From: Porphyromonadaceae bacterium UBA7180
Lineage (GTDB): Bacteria; Bacteroidota; Bacteroidia; Bacteroidales; Muribaculaceae
Direction of reading: 5' to 3'
Assembly (NCBI GenBank): GCA_002491165.1
Contig: DKVK01000060.1
Coordinates: forward strand, 33,808 to 97,807
Length of the DNA stretch: 64,000 nucleotides
A program made the translations under genes and the position numbers. Of this stretch, positions 32,200-42,561 are shown in pieces; the first letter of the stretch is position 1; every line of letters begins with the position of its first letter. The notes under the pieces are model-generated. The model was not told the DNA's origin and ran no database searches. It saw nothing but the letters and a program-made list of their open reading frames with translations.

Positions 32200-32241
32200 A
32201 AAGCGGGCGACGTCGGTATGACATCGCCCGCTTTCTTTTTT
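32200..32241. terminator. terminator between convergent genes (likely bidirectional)
   Basis: AAAGCGGGCGA/TCGCCCGCTTT plus T-run. Confidence 0.85.
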
Positions 32242-32257
32242 CAAATGTAACCCAATA

Positions 32258-33610
32258 TCACTGTCGGAGGATGAAAGCGGCTATCGCTTCGAGGACTTCG
32301 GGGGAGATGGTTTCGCGGATTTCGCCGTATTCCGAGGCTTCGCCGGTTTCGGCGTGCTGCAACAGATGGTTCAGGCCGGGCATCAGGCACACTTCCGCTT
32401 TCGGTAGCAGTTTCTTCAGCACTTCGAGGTTGTCGGGATAAACCTGCGTGTCCTTGTCGCCGTTGAATGCTATCACCGGACATTTCACCTTTTTAATATC
32501 GCGCGTCGGATCAAGAACCACAAACGCGTCGAACCACGGAGTTCGTACCTTTTGCGTCTGCCTGAACGCCTCCACTATCTCTTGAGGCACTTGCAGCCCG
32601 AACGCCTCCACTATGGAGTAGACGTCAATCTCCTCGCTTATACCTTTCTTATATTGTTTCCCTATTTCGTCAAGCAGCATTCCCATTATCCGCAGACTGT
32701 TTTCCTTTTCTGCCTCCGTAAAGCCGCCGGCGGAAAGCGCGCGAGCGTTCTGGCGGAGCAGCGTCTCTTTGCCGGAAACCATCATGCCGGCGAGCGAGAC
32801 AATGAAGTCCGGAACTTTTTCAGCGCCGAGCATCATGGCTATGGTGCCACCTTCGGAGTGGCCGAGCACGCCCGCCTTCCCTATCATCGGCAAGGAGCGC
32901 AGGAACCGCAGTGCGCTTTTGGCATCATCTTTAAAGGTATATGTCGTGCCGTTGAGGAAAACGCCGCCCGACTTGCCCGTGCCGCGGTCATCGTAGCGCA
33001 GCGAGGCGATGCCGTGGCGCGCCAGATAATCTGCGATTACGGCAAACGGCTTGTGTTCAAAGAGTTCTTCATCGCGGTTCTGCGCGCCGGAACCGGTAAC
33101 CATTATTACTGCGGGGACCTTGCGCTGCGCGGCTTCGGGCGGAAGCGTCAGCGTAGCGCACATCACGGCACCGTCGGGCGCGGTAAACGTAGTATCCTTT
33201 ATGGTGTACGGAAACGGAGGTTTCGGCGTCTGCGGGCGACGCTGCTCAAGCGACTGTTCAGGAGCAAGGTTCAGCGGCAAGGAATGCCCGGCTTGCATGA
33301 AAGTTCCGGTAATCGTCCCCTCCCCTATGCGCCCTTCGTATTTTGCGCCGATGGCGTTGCACTGTACCGACACTGAGTCGGCGCTGATAAAAGACACCGT
33401 CGCCGGGATGTCTTTTGCACCCTGAGCCGGCGAAGAGAGCGTGCACAACGCCTCGCCGGAAGCATTTTCCGAAAAGTTAAAGACAAGAGGAAGTTTCATC
33501 TGCCCGAGGTCGAGCTCCCCGCGCCAGGGTCCGGTAATCCCGGCCAAAGCGGTGCCGACGAGCGCCAGCGAAGCCGTCACGGCAACTGTTCGTTTCAAGA
33601 TAGTTTTCAT
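32258..33610 (-). CDS. exported alpha/beta hydrolase
   Basis: signal peptide; RPQTPKPPFPY, GSGAQNRDE, RYDDRG, GHSEGG, GDKDTQV, LNHLLQ. Confidence 0.88.
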   Translation of the reverse strand: MKTILKRTVAVTASLALVGTALAGITGPWRGELDLGQMKLPLVFNFSENASGEALCTLSSPAQGAKDIPATVSFISADSVSVQCNAIGAKYEGRIGEGTITGTFMQAGHSLPLNLAPEQSLEQRRPQTPKPPFPYTIKDTTFTAPDGAVMCATLTLPPEAAQRKVPAVIMVTGSGAQNRDEELFEHKPFAVIADYLARHGIASLRYDDRGTGKSGGVFLNGTTYTFKDDAKSALRFLRSLPMIGKAGVLGHSEGGTIAMMLGAEKVPDFIVSLAGMMVSGKETLLRQNARALSAGGFTEAEKENSLRIMGMLLDEIGKQYKKGISEEIDVYSIVEAFGLQVPQEIVEAFRQTQKVRTPWFDAFVVLDPTRDIKKVKCPVIAFNGDKDTQVYPDNLEVLKKLLPKAEVCLMPGLNHLLQHAETGEASEYGEIRETISPEVLEAIAAFILRQ

Positions 33611-33813
33611 AATTGAGATTATTTCTCTGCAAATTTACTGATTTTTCGTCAAATAACCAATATCTCCGGAAATAATATCAATAAGTAGTGAAAAGGCTGA
33701 CCCCAATTTGGAGATTCCGGAAATTTTTTCTAAATTTGCATTTTAGTAGCTGCTGAAATGATACCTTTCCATTGTTTTTGTGGCTATATCATTATCTTTA
33801 AACCATTTTTATT

Positions 33814-34152
33814 ATGAAGAAATTATTTATTGCAGCCGCATGTCTTGTGCTCTTCCTCGGCTCCTGCCAGAAGAAAGACCCTACTCAGGAAATCCTCGAC
33901 GTCACCAAGGCGGCTACCGAAAAGATAGAGAAGGCTAAAGATCAGCAGGAGCTGATAAAAATCGGCGAAGATTACGGCAAAGAAATAGAAGCCCTTGGCA
34001 AAAAGTACCCCGATTATAAACCTACTCCCGAGCAGGAAAAGCAGATTCAAGGTGCCGTCATGGAGATGATGTCCGCCGGCATGAAGAACAAAAACGTCAT
34101 GCCCAACGCCGATGTCATGGATCTCTCCGGGGAAGCCAAAGAAACAAAGTAA
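33814..34152 (+). CDS. hypothetical lipoprotein
   Basis: lipobox FLGSC; helical; TTTG-N20-TAAATTTG promoter at 33707-33738. Confidence 0.8.
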   Translation: MKKLFIAAACLVLFLGSCQKKDPTQEILDVTKAATEKIEKAKDQQELIKIGEDYGKEIEALGKKYPDYKPTPEQEKQIQGAVMEMMSAGMKNKNVMPNADVMDLSGEAKETK

Positions 34153-34162
34153 AAACCTGTAA

Positions 34163-34786
34163 ATGACCGGATTCCTTTTCGACCTTGACGGAGTTGTCAT
34201 CGACTCCGAAACCCAATACAGCCAAATCTGGCACCACATCGACACCTGTTTCCCGACTGGTGTCGATGACTTCGAGCACGTCATAAAGGGAATGACGCTC
34301 GACAATATCCTCAACACCTATTTCCATCCGCAGGACTTCGATTCAGTGACGCGCATCCTCTACGACGAGGAGCGCAAGATGCGTTACCGTTTCTGCCCCG
34401 GGGCACAGCGCTTTCTTGACAAAGCGAAGGCCCTGCACGTGCCCATGGCGCTTGTCACCAGCAGCAACGGATACAAGATGGGACGACTCTACGAGCACAT
34501 CCCCGGCATCGCATCCTACTTCGACGTAATCATCACCGCCGATGACATAACCCATGGCAAACCGAATCCCGAAGGTTACTTCCTCGCCGCGTCGCGTCTG
34601 GGCATCGACCCGAAGGACTGCATCGTCTTCGAGGACTCGCTGCAAGGCGTACAGGCAGGCAAAGCCGCCGGTTGCCATACCGTGGGAATCACCTCCACGC
34701 TCGAGCCCGACAAGCTACGTCCATACGCCACCGGGCTCACCCCGCTGCTCGGCGACCTCGATCCCCAGGACCTCATAAACCGCTGA
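34163..34786 (+). CDS. HAD family phosphatase (beta-PGM-like)
   Basis: FDLDGVVIDSE, VTSS, KPNPE, FEDSLQG. Confidence 0.9.
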   Translation: MTGFLFDLDGVVIDSETQYSQIWHHIDTCFPTGVDDFEHVIKGMTLDNILNTYFHPQDFDSVTRILYDEERKMRYRFCPGAQRFLDKAKALHVPMALVTSSNGYKMGRLYEHIPGIASYFDVIITADDITHGKPNPEGYFLAASRLGIDPKDCIVFEDSLQGVQAGKAAGCHTVGITSTLEPDKLRPYATGLTPLLGDLDPQDLINR

Positions 34787-34790
34787 AAGA

Positions 34791-36137
34791 ATGTCACTTC
34801 CACCTCTTGCCGAACGATTGCGCCCGAGCACCCTGGACAGCTATATTGGGCAACGCCACCTGGTAGGAGCGGGCGGCGTCATCGCACGTATGATAGAGAC
34901 CGGAAACGTCGGCTCCTTCATCCTGTGGGGGCCTCCCGGCGTTGGGAAAACCACTCTGGCGCAGATAATCGCAGCTTCGGTGGAGGCGCCTTTCTTCACC
35001 CTTTCGGCCGTCACCTCCGGCGTCAAAGAAGTGCGCGAAGTGCTGGACAGTTGCCGCAAACTCTCGGCCGGACTCTTCGCAAAAGCTCGCCCCATCCTTT
35101 TCATCGACGAAATCCACCGTTTCAACAAGTCGCAGCAAGACTCGCTGCTCGGCGCCGTTGAGCGCGGCACGGTGACGCTCATCGGCGCCACCACGGAGAA
35201 CCCTTCGTTCGAGGTAATACGACCGCTACTTTCCCGCTGCCAGGTCTACACCCTTAAAACGCTTGATGCCGCCGACCTCGAAACACTGTTGCAACGCGCC
35301 ATCTCGACTGACAAGGTGCTCTCCGCGCGTACCATAGAAATAAAGGAACGCAAGGCGCTGTTCCGCTATGCCGGCGGCGACGCCCGCAAGTTGCTTAACA
35401 TCCTCGACCTTCTGGAGCAATCCACACCGGAGAGTGAAACCATCGTCATCGACGACGCGACGGTGGCCTCCCGCCTCCAGGAAAACCCTGCCGCCTACGA
35501 CCGCGACGGCGAGATGCACTACGACATCATCTCGGCCTTCATAAAGTCCATCCGCGGCAGCGACCCCGACGGTGCCGTCTACTGGCTGGCACGCATGGTG
35601 GAGGGGGGCGAAGACCCCCTCTTCATAGCCCGGCGCCTCATCATCTCCGCTTCCGAAGACATCGGCATGGCCAACCCCAACGCTCTCCTGCTGGCCAACG
35701 CCGCTTTCGACGCCGTCCACAAAATAGGGTGGCCCGAAGCGCGAATAACGCTGGCGCAATGCGCCGTCTACCTCGCAACGTCGCCCAAGAGCAACACTTC
35801 ATACATGGCGCTCAACCAGGCACAAGAGGCCGTGCGCCGAACCGGTGACCTCCCCGTTCCGTTGCACCTGCGCAACGCCCCTACCAAGCTCATGAAAGGG
35901 CTCGGTTACGGCCAGGGATACAAATACGCCCACGACTACGAAGGGAACTGGGTGGAGCAGCAATACCTCCCCGACGGGATAGCCACGGAACGTTTCTACA
36001 TCCCAGGCGACAACCCCGCCGAGCGTAGAATAGCCGCCGTGATGGCTTCGCGCGCCAATCCGGCACCTGCTTCAGAACCGACTTCGGAATCATCTTCCGA
36101 CCATACTTCGGAATCATCTCCGGAGATTGATAAATAG
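34791..36137 (+). CDS. rarA: replication-associated recombination protein A
   Basis: PLAERLRP, WGPPGVGKTT, FIDEIHRFNKSQQD, GATTENPSF, KSIRGSDPD, HLRNAPT. Confidence 0.95.
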   Translation: MSLPPLAERLRPSTLDSYIGQRHLVGAGGVIARMIETGNVGSFILWGPPGVGKTTLAQIIAASVEAPFFTLSAVTSGVKEVREVLDSCRKLSAGLFAKARPILFIDEIHRFNKSQQDSLLGAVERGTVTLIGATTENPSFEVIRPLLSRCQVYTLKTLDAADLETLLQRAISTDKVLSARTIEIKERKALFRYAGGDARKLLNILDLLEQSTPESETIVIDDATVASRLQENPAAYDRDGEMHYDIISAFIKSIRGSDPDGAVYWLARMVEGGEDPLFIARRLIISASEDIGMANPNALLLANAAFDAVHKIGWPEARITLAQCAVYLATSPKSNTSYMALNQAQEAVRRTGDLPVPLHLRNAPTKLMKGLGYGQGYKYAHDYEGNWVEQQYLPDGIATERFYIPGDNPAERRIAAVMASRANPAPASEPTSESSSDHTSESSPEIDK

Positions 36138-36243
36138 CCCTACAGGCCGCATGACCGCTGCGTAATTCCGGCGGCAGTTATACGAAAAATTTGCTTATTT
36201 CGGAAAAACACATTATCTTTGCACCCAAGAGTCAGAAAGAAGC

Positions 36244-36897
36244 ATGGAAATAAAGAACGCCAAATACCTTATCAGCAACGAGCGTGCAGCCGCGTGCCCC
36301 GACCACGGCGCACCCGAATACGCTTTCATAGGCCGCTCAAACGTGGGTAAATCTTCGCTCATAAACATGCTGACACGCCGCAAAGGGCTTGCCAAAACAT
36401 CGCAGACCCCGGGCAAAACCCTCCTTATCAACCACTTCTCCGTTAACGACGGGCAGTGGTACATAGTCGACCTACCCGGCTACGGCTATGCCGCCCGCGG
36501 TAAACAGATGCGCGAGAAAATTGTGAGAATCATCGAAGACTACGTGCTCAACCGCAAGCACATGGCCTGCCTCTTCGTGCTTATCGACATTCGCCATTCA
36601 CCGCAGAAGATCGACATGGAGTTCATCGACTGGCTGGGGGAACACGACGTACCCTTCGCGCTCGTCTTCACGAAAGCCGACAAACTCGGTCCCAACGCCG
36701 GCAAAAAGAATGTGGCCTCCTATCTTAAGGAGATGCGGCTGCATTGGGACGAACTGCCACCCTACTTCATAACCTCGTCGGAAAAAGGCACCGGCCGCGA
36801 CGAACTTCTCAACTACATAGACGCCATAAACCGCGAGATAGCGGCCGAATGTAACGGCCAAGATGCCCCTTCCTCACAGGAAAAAGAGAACGCCTGA
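36244..36897 (+). CDS. engB: ribosome biogenesis GTP-binding protein YihA/EngB
   Basis: [24 protein letters not shown]; promoter TTTG-N20-TATCTTTG at 36190-36221. Confidence 0.95.
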   Translation: MEIKNAKYLISNERAAACPDHGAPEYAFIGRSNVGKSSLINMLTRRKGLAKTSQTPGKTLLINHFSVNDGQWYIVDLPGYGYAARGKQMREKIVRIIEDYVLNRKHMACLFVLIDIRHSPQKIDMEFIDWLGEHDVPFALVFTKADKLGPNAGKKNVASYLKEMRLHWDELPPYFITSSEKGTGRDELLNYIDAINREIAAECNGQDAPSSQEKENA

Positions 36898-36922
36898 TAC
36901 CGCCACAGAATACACTTAAACC

Positions 36923-37387
36923 ATGGAAACAACAAAACATCACGACGCCAAGACACTTATCAACGCCTCCGGGCGGGCAGCGAAAAAAATAGTGGTCAGC
37001 GACAGCCGCATGAGCGAGATAATCCGCTTCGCCATGACCGGCGGCATGGCCACGGTGCTGCAATACGGCATCTATGTGGTCTTCGTCGAGGCCGTACACG
37101 TGCCCCCCGTTGTCTCCACGCTGATAAGCTACGGCATCAGCTTCATTTTCAACTTCATACTATCCACCTACTTTACCTTCAAGACACGCCCGAACCGCCG
37201 CAACATGCTCGGATTCGTGCTCTCGCACCTAATCAACATGGGTCTGCAGACCGGCTTCGTGGCCATCTTCGCGCTGATAGTGCCGAAATCCATCGCCCTG
37301 CTCCCGGCCCTTGCAATCTGTATTCCCTGCAATTACCTCATGGTCCGCTACGCCTTCAAAGGCAAATTCGCCACCAGACACGCCTGA
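36923..37387 (+). CDS. GtrA family membrane protein
   Basis: IRFAMTGG..T, FNFILS..FTF; 4 hydrophobic segments. Confidence 0.85.
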   Translation: METTKHHDAKTLINASGRAAKKIVVSDSRMSEIIRFAMTGGMATVLQYGIYVVFVEAVHVPPVVSTLISYGISFIFNFILSTYFTFKTRPNRRNMLGFVLSHLINMGLQTGFVAIFALIVPKSIALLPALAICIPCNYLMVRYAFKGKFATRHA

Positions 37388-37401
37388 AAAAAACCTTTAC
37401 A

Positions 37402-38745
37402 TTATTCCGGCATCCGGTGTATCTTGACGTGGGAGTGAAATGCTGAAGGATGGATGATACACCTTACCGGTAGCGTTACTTCTTCTAAATCCGTGCCGGC
37501 AAAGGCAAGATCTCCTATGGCGCGCAACGAATCAGGGAAAGTGATGTGGTTCAGTTCGCTTAATCCAGTAAAGGCCATAGAGCCTATATATTCAAGTCGC
37601 GAAGGCAATTCCACCTCACGGAGCTTCAAATTGTCGATGAAAGCACATTTCGGAATATTTCTCAGGCTTTCCGGCAGCCGTACTGCCTCGAGTTTGACAC
37701 AATCTGACAATGAAAAAACCAACGGATATTCCCCCCTTCAAATTTCCATGAGTCAAGGGATTCCCCATAGGGGCCTTCGATATAGTCGTCATCATCAGAC
37801 CAAATGACCGATGCAGGAATCACAACTCTTTTTATCTGGGTGTAAAATTCAGGGAAATCATTGAGAAATCCACAAATTTTCTCAGCCTCTTCCCACGATT
37901 CCGGCAGCTCAAAATTCTCTAAGTCATCATTTATCTCTTTGAAGTGAAGGGTAATGGGAATACTGGAAAAGGGATTTGTCTTTTTATGAAAGAATCCTTC
38001 TAAATCTACCAAATGCCTCTCATATACGTTCATAAAATCATAAGCCTCTGACCTGAGTTTTAACAGCCAACTCATATTTGGAATGATGAACCGCATGATG
38101 GCGCCACTTTTTTGAAGAAAGATGAGAAACCTGACAACGGGTATTCTCCGAACTCTACCGTTGTCAACTTCGGACAATAGCATAGATTGAAAAACGAGGA
38201 GCCTCTTTGGAAATTACGAGGGAACTTAAAATGCGTAATATTCTTGAGATGGAAGATATTGACCAACGTGGTCACAGTATCAGGAATTTCCAACTCCTCT
38301 ACCTCTGCACCACAAATATTTATATCTTATATACCTCATATTTTATTTTATCAACTGGAAATGATGAAACTTCCGGAATGTAGGAAATCCCTACCAGAGT
38401 CATTACACCGAGAGTGAGTCCCGGTAGAGAAATCTCGGAAGGCAGTCGCAGTATTCCCTTTATGTTCATTATGTTTTGGACTCCTACAATCTTAATGGGA
38501 AACTTTACGCCAACTCCGTTCCGGCGGTCAATATATTCCCAATAATGGTCAGTGGAAACACGCCAATAATAACCATTGCTAAAAAACAACTCGTTGGCAT
38601 AATTTTCCAAGATATATCTGTAGCGGCTTGCTTCATCGGGTAATTCCGACAAAAAACTGACAAGATTCGAAGTACGTTCGGGAGCAGTGTGCAACGCCCT
38701 TCGCAAATGTAGCCGGAAACGGTTTTCTTTTCCAATACAAGTCAT
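37402..38745 (-). pseudogene. BspA-type leucine-rich repeat (LRR_5) protein split by three -1 frameshifts
   Basis: four consecutive ORF pieces (38320-38745, 38072-38293, 37662-38183, 37402-37722) rejoin into ~448 aa when one base is added at each junction; LPESLRNIPKCAF, LPSRLEYIGSMAF, FPDSLRAIGDLAF repeats; AT-rich. Confidence 0.7.
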
Positions 38746-38773
38746 GACGTTATGTTATTAAATCCTCAAAGTA

Positions 38774-41494
38774 TCACTTCTTCGCTGCCGTCAGGAGGGA
38801 GCCGAGGGCGGTGAAGAGGGTCAGGACCGTGGATTTGTCGGGGACCGGGATGTTCAGGGTGGTTTCGCCGGTTTCTGCGTCCTCGTTTACCAGTTCGTCT
38901 ACCAGTTTTTTAGTGTCTTCCGGAGATTGGAGCGTGCGTGCCAACCCGCTCAGGAATGATACTCCCTGCGATACCAGTTCTTGGGCGTTGCGGGGTTCTT
39001 TTGCCCTGCCGCCGACACTTGTAGAGCTTGGTTCTTTTCCACCGCTACTACTTGTAGACTTTGCACGTTTCGTGTCTCTTGCTGCTTGAGGTTCTTCTAG
39101 GTTGTTGTTTTCAGTGACGGGTTCTTGCGGTGTTTCGGAATCTTGTGGAACCGACTTAATGTCACTGTCTTGCAGGGCTTCTTCCTCCTCTTCGCTTTCC
39201 TCCTCTTCTTCGTACCCGTAGTCCTCGTAATAGCCGCCGTAGTCGCTGTAATAATCATAGTCATCGTAGTAGTCTTCCTCCTCTTCGGATTCCGGTTCTG
39301 CGACGGAGGTTTCGAACTCTTGCGGTTCATCGAGGTGGGCTTCGTCGGTTATCTCTTCGGCCACGACATCTTCGACGTCCTCGGTCAGCGTCTCCACCGT
39401 TTCCATAATCTTGTCGAGGCGGTTGGTTTCGAGAAATACCGAATCCTCGCCGTTGTCGAGCACACCTTCGAACAGCGAACTCTTGAACTTGAGGGTCGAA
39501 AGCATCTGCTCCTCTATGGTTCCGCTTGCCACAAGGTTGATAACCTGGATGTTGCGTTGCTGGCCGATGCGGTATATCCGCCCGATGCGCTGTTCGAGCA
39601 CGGCGGGGTTCCACGGCAGGTCTACGTTTATTATTATTGAGGCGACCTGAAGGTTGAGGCCGGTGCTTCCGGCATCTGTGGAGAGGAAGACACGGCTTTC
39701 GGGGTCATCGGTGAAGCGGTCCATGAGTTCCTTGCGTTTTACCGAAGGGACGCCGCCGTGCAGGTTCTCGAAGCCTATGCCCTCTTTTGTGAGTTCTGCC
39801 GCGATGAGGCGCGTCATGCGTTCCCATTGGCTGAAAACCACTATCTTCTCGTCGCCCGATTCCACCACGTTGCGCACCATGTTCACAACCTCCTCCACCT
39901 TGGTGTCATAGCGCGACTCCTGGTCGAGGATGAAAGTGCTGTCGCATACCATCCGCATCTGGGAGAGGAACAGGAGCAGCCGCTTGCGGTCGGTCTCGCT
40001 GAGGAAATGGAACCGCTGCCATTTCTGCACCAGCTGCGCCACGGATGTCTTGAACTCGTTGTGCATCCCCATCTGTTTGGGCGTCATTGGAACGAATACC
40101 ACCTTGTCCATGCGCGCGGGGAGCTGTATGGCGACGTCGGCCTTGCGGCGGCGTATCATCACCGGTTTCAACTTCTCCCCCACTTCATGGAGATTGCGGT
40201 AACCCACCACTTTCCCGTTGTCGGAAGTGACGACCGATTCCTCGCGGAACTTGTAAAACGGGCCGAGGCGATACTGGTCCACGAACTGCATGATGGAGTA
40301 GAGTTCCTCGATGCGGTTTTCAAGCGGCGTCCCTGAGAGCATCACCGCGTATTGCGACTCAATCTTGCGGGCAGCCTTTGAAATCTGCGTGTTCCAGTTT
40401 TTCAGTCGCTGAACCTCGTCCATGATGAGCATATCGGTTTCGAGCTTGCCGAGCTGCTTGATGTCGTTGCTCATGGCGTGGTACGAAACTATCTTGTAGA
40501 ACTCAGGGGCACCGTACATCTTGGCGCGCTTCAGGTGGTTGCCCTCGATGACGAGAACCGACGAGCCGGTGAACCTTTCGATTTCCCTTTTCCACTGGTA
40601 TTTCAGCGATGTGGGACACACTATGAGCACACCGCCCACGAATCCTTTGTCCTTCAATAACTCGGCTGTACCGAGTGCCTGTACGGTTTTACCGAGACCC
40701 ATCTCGTCGGCGATAATGACACGGCCGGCCCGGAACGCCGCCCTAATCCCTTCGCGTTGGTAAGGATAAAGTTCCGTTTTCAATACGGTATTCAGTGCCG
40801 TGTCATCGATGTCCGCCAGCATCTTTTCGCGGGTTGCGCGGTCGAGGCGCTCGCAGATGTACTGCATGGCGTCGGAATACCAGCGGAACGACGAGCTTAT
40901 GCGCGCGGCCTCCGAAAGGAACTTGAAAATGTCCCTTAAGCTCTCCTCCCGCAACACGCCCTCTTCCGTGAAATATGGCTTCGAGAGTTCGCGGAGTTCC
41001 TCCTCGTGTCCGGTGCCGATGCGTAGCCTCAGGCTACGACCGCCACGGTAAGAGATATAAACCGAGCTGTATTCGGGGCGCTCCTGCGGAACCCTGACAC
41101 GGTGGTTTTTACACCACAGGTGCACGGCCTCTATGTGCTTACAGGTGCCCAGACCGTTGGTCCGGAAGTCCATGCACGAGCAATAGTTCCACTCGCTTCC
41201 CCCGCCGCGGTACACTACCTTGTAGGTACTCTTAGTCTGCGGGTTGGTCACGCGGAAGCTCCCTTGCGAGAGAGTCTCCCCGGAGGTGCAGGCATTTTCG
41301 CTGTCCGTATCCTCGCCCAATGGCTCTATGGCGAAAAATTCACGTTCGGCGGCTTGGCGGCGAAGCGCCGTCTGCCACTCTTCGAGCGTCATCTTCTCGG
41401 GCTTGTATGCGAAAGGAACTTTCAGTTTCTTCTCGGATTTGGCCTGTTTCTTACTCCCTTTTTTCTTCGTAGTGGAATCGGAGGTTTTCTTCAT
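38774..41494 (-). CDS. SWIM zinc finger + SNF2-family helicase/ATPase
   Basis: CSCMDF..GTCKH SWIM; ADEMGLGKT, MDEVQR, SGTPLEN, VFSQW, GLNLQ, WNP..EQRIGR..RIGQ. Confidence 0.92.
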   Translation of the reverse strand: MKKTSDSTTKKKGSKKQAKSEKKLKVPFAYKPEKMTLEEWQTALRRQAAEREFFAIEPLGEDTDSENACTSGETLSQGSFRVTNPQTKSTYKVVYRGGGSEWNYCSCMDFRTNGLGTCKHIEAVHLWCKNHRVRVPQERPEYSSVYISYRGGRSLRLRIGTGHEEELRELSKPYFTEEGVLREESLRDIFKFLSEAARISSSFRWYSDAMQYICERLDRATREKMLADIDDTALNTVLKTELYPYQREGIRAAFRAGRVIIADEMGLGKTVQALGTAELLKDKGFVGGVLIVCPTSLKYQWKREIERFTGSSVLVIEGNHLKRAKMYGAPEFYKIVSYHAMSNDIKQLGKLETDMLIMDEVQRLKNWNTQISKAARKIESQYAVMLSGTPLENRIEELYSIMQFVDQYRLGPFYKFREESVVTSDNGKVVGYRNLHEVGEKLKPVMIRRRKADVAIQLPARMDKVVFVPMTPKQMGMHNEFKTSVAQLVQKWQRFHFLSETDRKRLLLFLSQMRMVCDSTFILDQESRYDTKVEEVVNMVRNVVESGDEKIVVFSQWERMTRLIAAELTKEGIGFENLHGGVPSVKRKELMDRFTDDPESRVFLSTDAGSTGLNLQVASIIINVDLPWNPAVLEQRIGRIYRIGQQRNIQVINLVASGTIEEQMLSTLKFKSSLFEGVLDNGEDSVFLETNRLDKIMETVETLTEDVEDVVAEEITDEAHLDEPQEFETSVAEPESEEEEDYYDDYDYYSDYGGYYEDYGYEEEEESEEEEEALQDSDIKSVPQDSETPQEPVTENNNLEEPQAARDTKRAKSTSSSGGKEPSSTSVGGRAKEPRNAQELVSQGVSFLSGLARTLQSPEDTKKLVDELVNEDAETGETTLNIPVPDKSTVLTLFTALGSLLTAAKK

Positions 41495-41506
41495 TATTTT
41501 TACGGG

Positions 41507-42550
41507 TTAACGCCAATAGACTTTGCCTACGCTCTTGAAGTCGCCGGCATTGGTTATGTAGATGGTGAACTCGCGGCCGCAGGCCACTTCCTTGACGCCG
41601 CCTTCCACCCTTGTGGGCTTGCGGGCCGTCTGCTTCGAGCCGTTGCCTATCTGCCCCTCTTCATTCATACCCCAGCCGTAAAGCGACCCGTCTCCACGCA
41701 CCGTCATGGTGAAGAACTCGCCGCACGAAACCTGCCGGACGTCCGACATGATTTTCACGGGCTTAAAATGTGCGGTATTGGTGCCGTCGCCGAGCTGGTA
41801 CCAGTTGTTGACGCCCCAGCCATATAGCGAGCCGTCGTCGAGAACGGCCATGCCGTGACGTCCGCCCATCGCCGCCGATTTCACGTTGCTGAGGATTTTT
41901 ACCGGCGAGGTGCGGATGGTTTTCGTGCCGTCGCCGAGCTGTCCCCACTGGTTGTCGCCCCAGGCGTAGAGCGACCCGTCGTTGAGCATGGCCAAGGTGC
42001 TGCCGTTCCCTTTGTCGCACACCACCTCTTTGACGTTCGAGAGTACCTTTACGGGGGTATTGTGGGAACGTCTGGAGCCGTCGCCGAGCTGTCCGTAATC
42101 GTTGCTTCCCCAGGCGTAGAGCGACCCGTCGTTGAGGACGGCCAGTGTGTGCCAGCCTCCGCAGGCCACCTGCTTTACATCGGAGAGCACCTTTACCGGT
42201 TTCAGGCGGTTGGCCGTGGTGCCGTCGCCAAGCTGACCTTTGCTGTTGTCGCCCCAGGCGTAGAGGGAACCATCATCGGTGATTGCCATGGAATGTTGGC
42301 CACCGGCGGCCATCGCCTTTATGCCTGAGAGCACTTTAACGGGCGTTGAGCGTTTGCGGCGTGTGCCGTCGCCTATCTCTCCACTGTCGTTGTTGCCGAA
42401 AGCCCACAGCGTGCCGTCTTTTTTGAGCACGAGGCCATGGTATTCGCCGGCCGCAACGGCGGCATACGAGCCGCGCTGCGCCTGCACCGTTTCGGGAATC
42501 ACTAATGCACACAATAGTACAAATATGATGACGGGGAGTCTGGTAGTCAT
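41507..42550 (-). CDS. exported RCC1-repeat beta-propeller protein
   Basis: signal peptide; ~6-7 repeats of H..A...DGSLYAWG.N..GQLGDG; identical 29-mer at 41958 and 42108. Confidence 0.9.
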   Translation of the reverse strand: MTTRLPVIIFVLLCALVIPETVQAQRGSYAAVAAGEYHGLVLKKDGTLWAFGNNDSGEIGDGTRRKRSTPVKVLSGIKAMAAGGQHSMAITDDGSLYAWGDNSKGQLGDGTTANRLKPVKVLSDVKQVACGGWHTLAVLNDGSLYAWGSNDYGQLGDGSRRSHNTPVKVLSNVKEVVCDKGNGSTLAMLNDGSLYAWGDNQWGQLGDGTKTIRTSPVKILSNVKSAAMGGRHGMAVLDDGSLYGWGVNNWYQLGDGTNTAHFKPVKIMSDVRQVSCGEFFTMTVRGDGSLYGWGMNEEGQIGNGSKQTARKPTRVEGGVKEVACGREFTIYITNAGDFKSVGKVYWR

Positions 42551-42561
42551 GTTCGGGCGTC

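Noticed and set aside
41700-42420. 144-150 bp DNA repeats
   Set aside because: Explained by the RCC1 protein repeats
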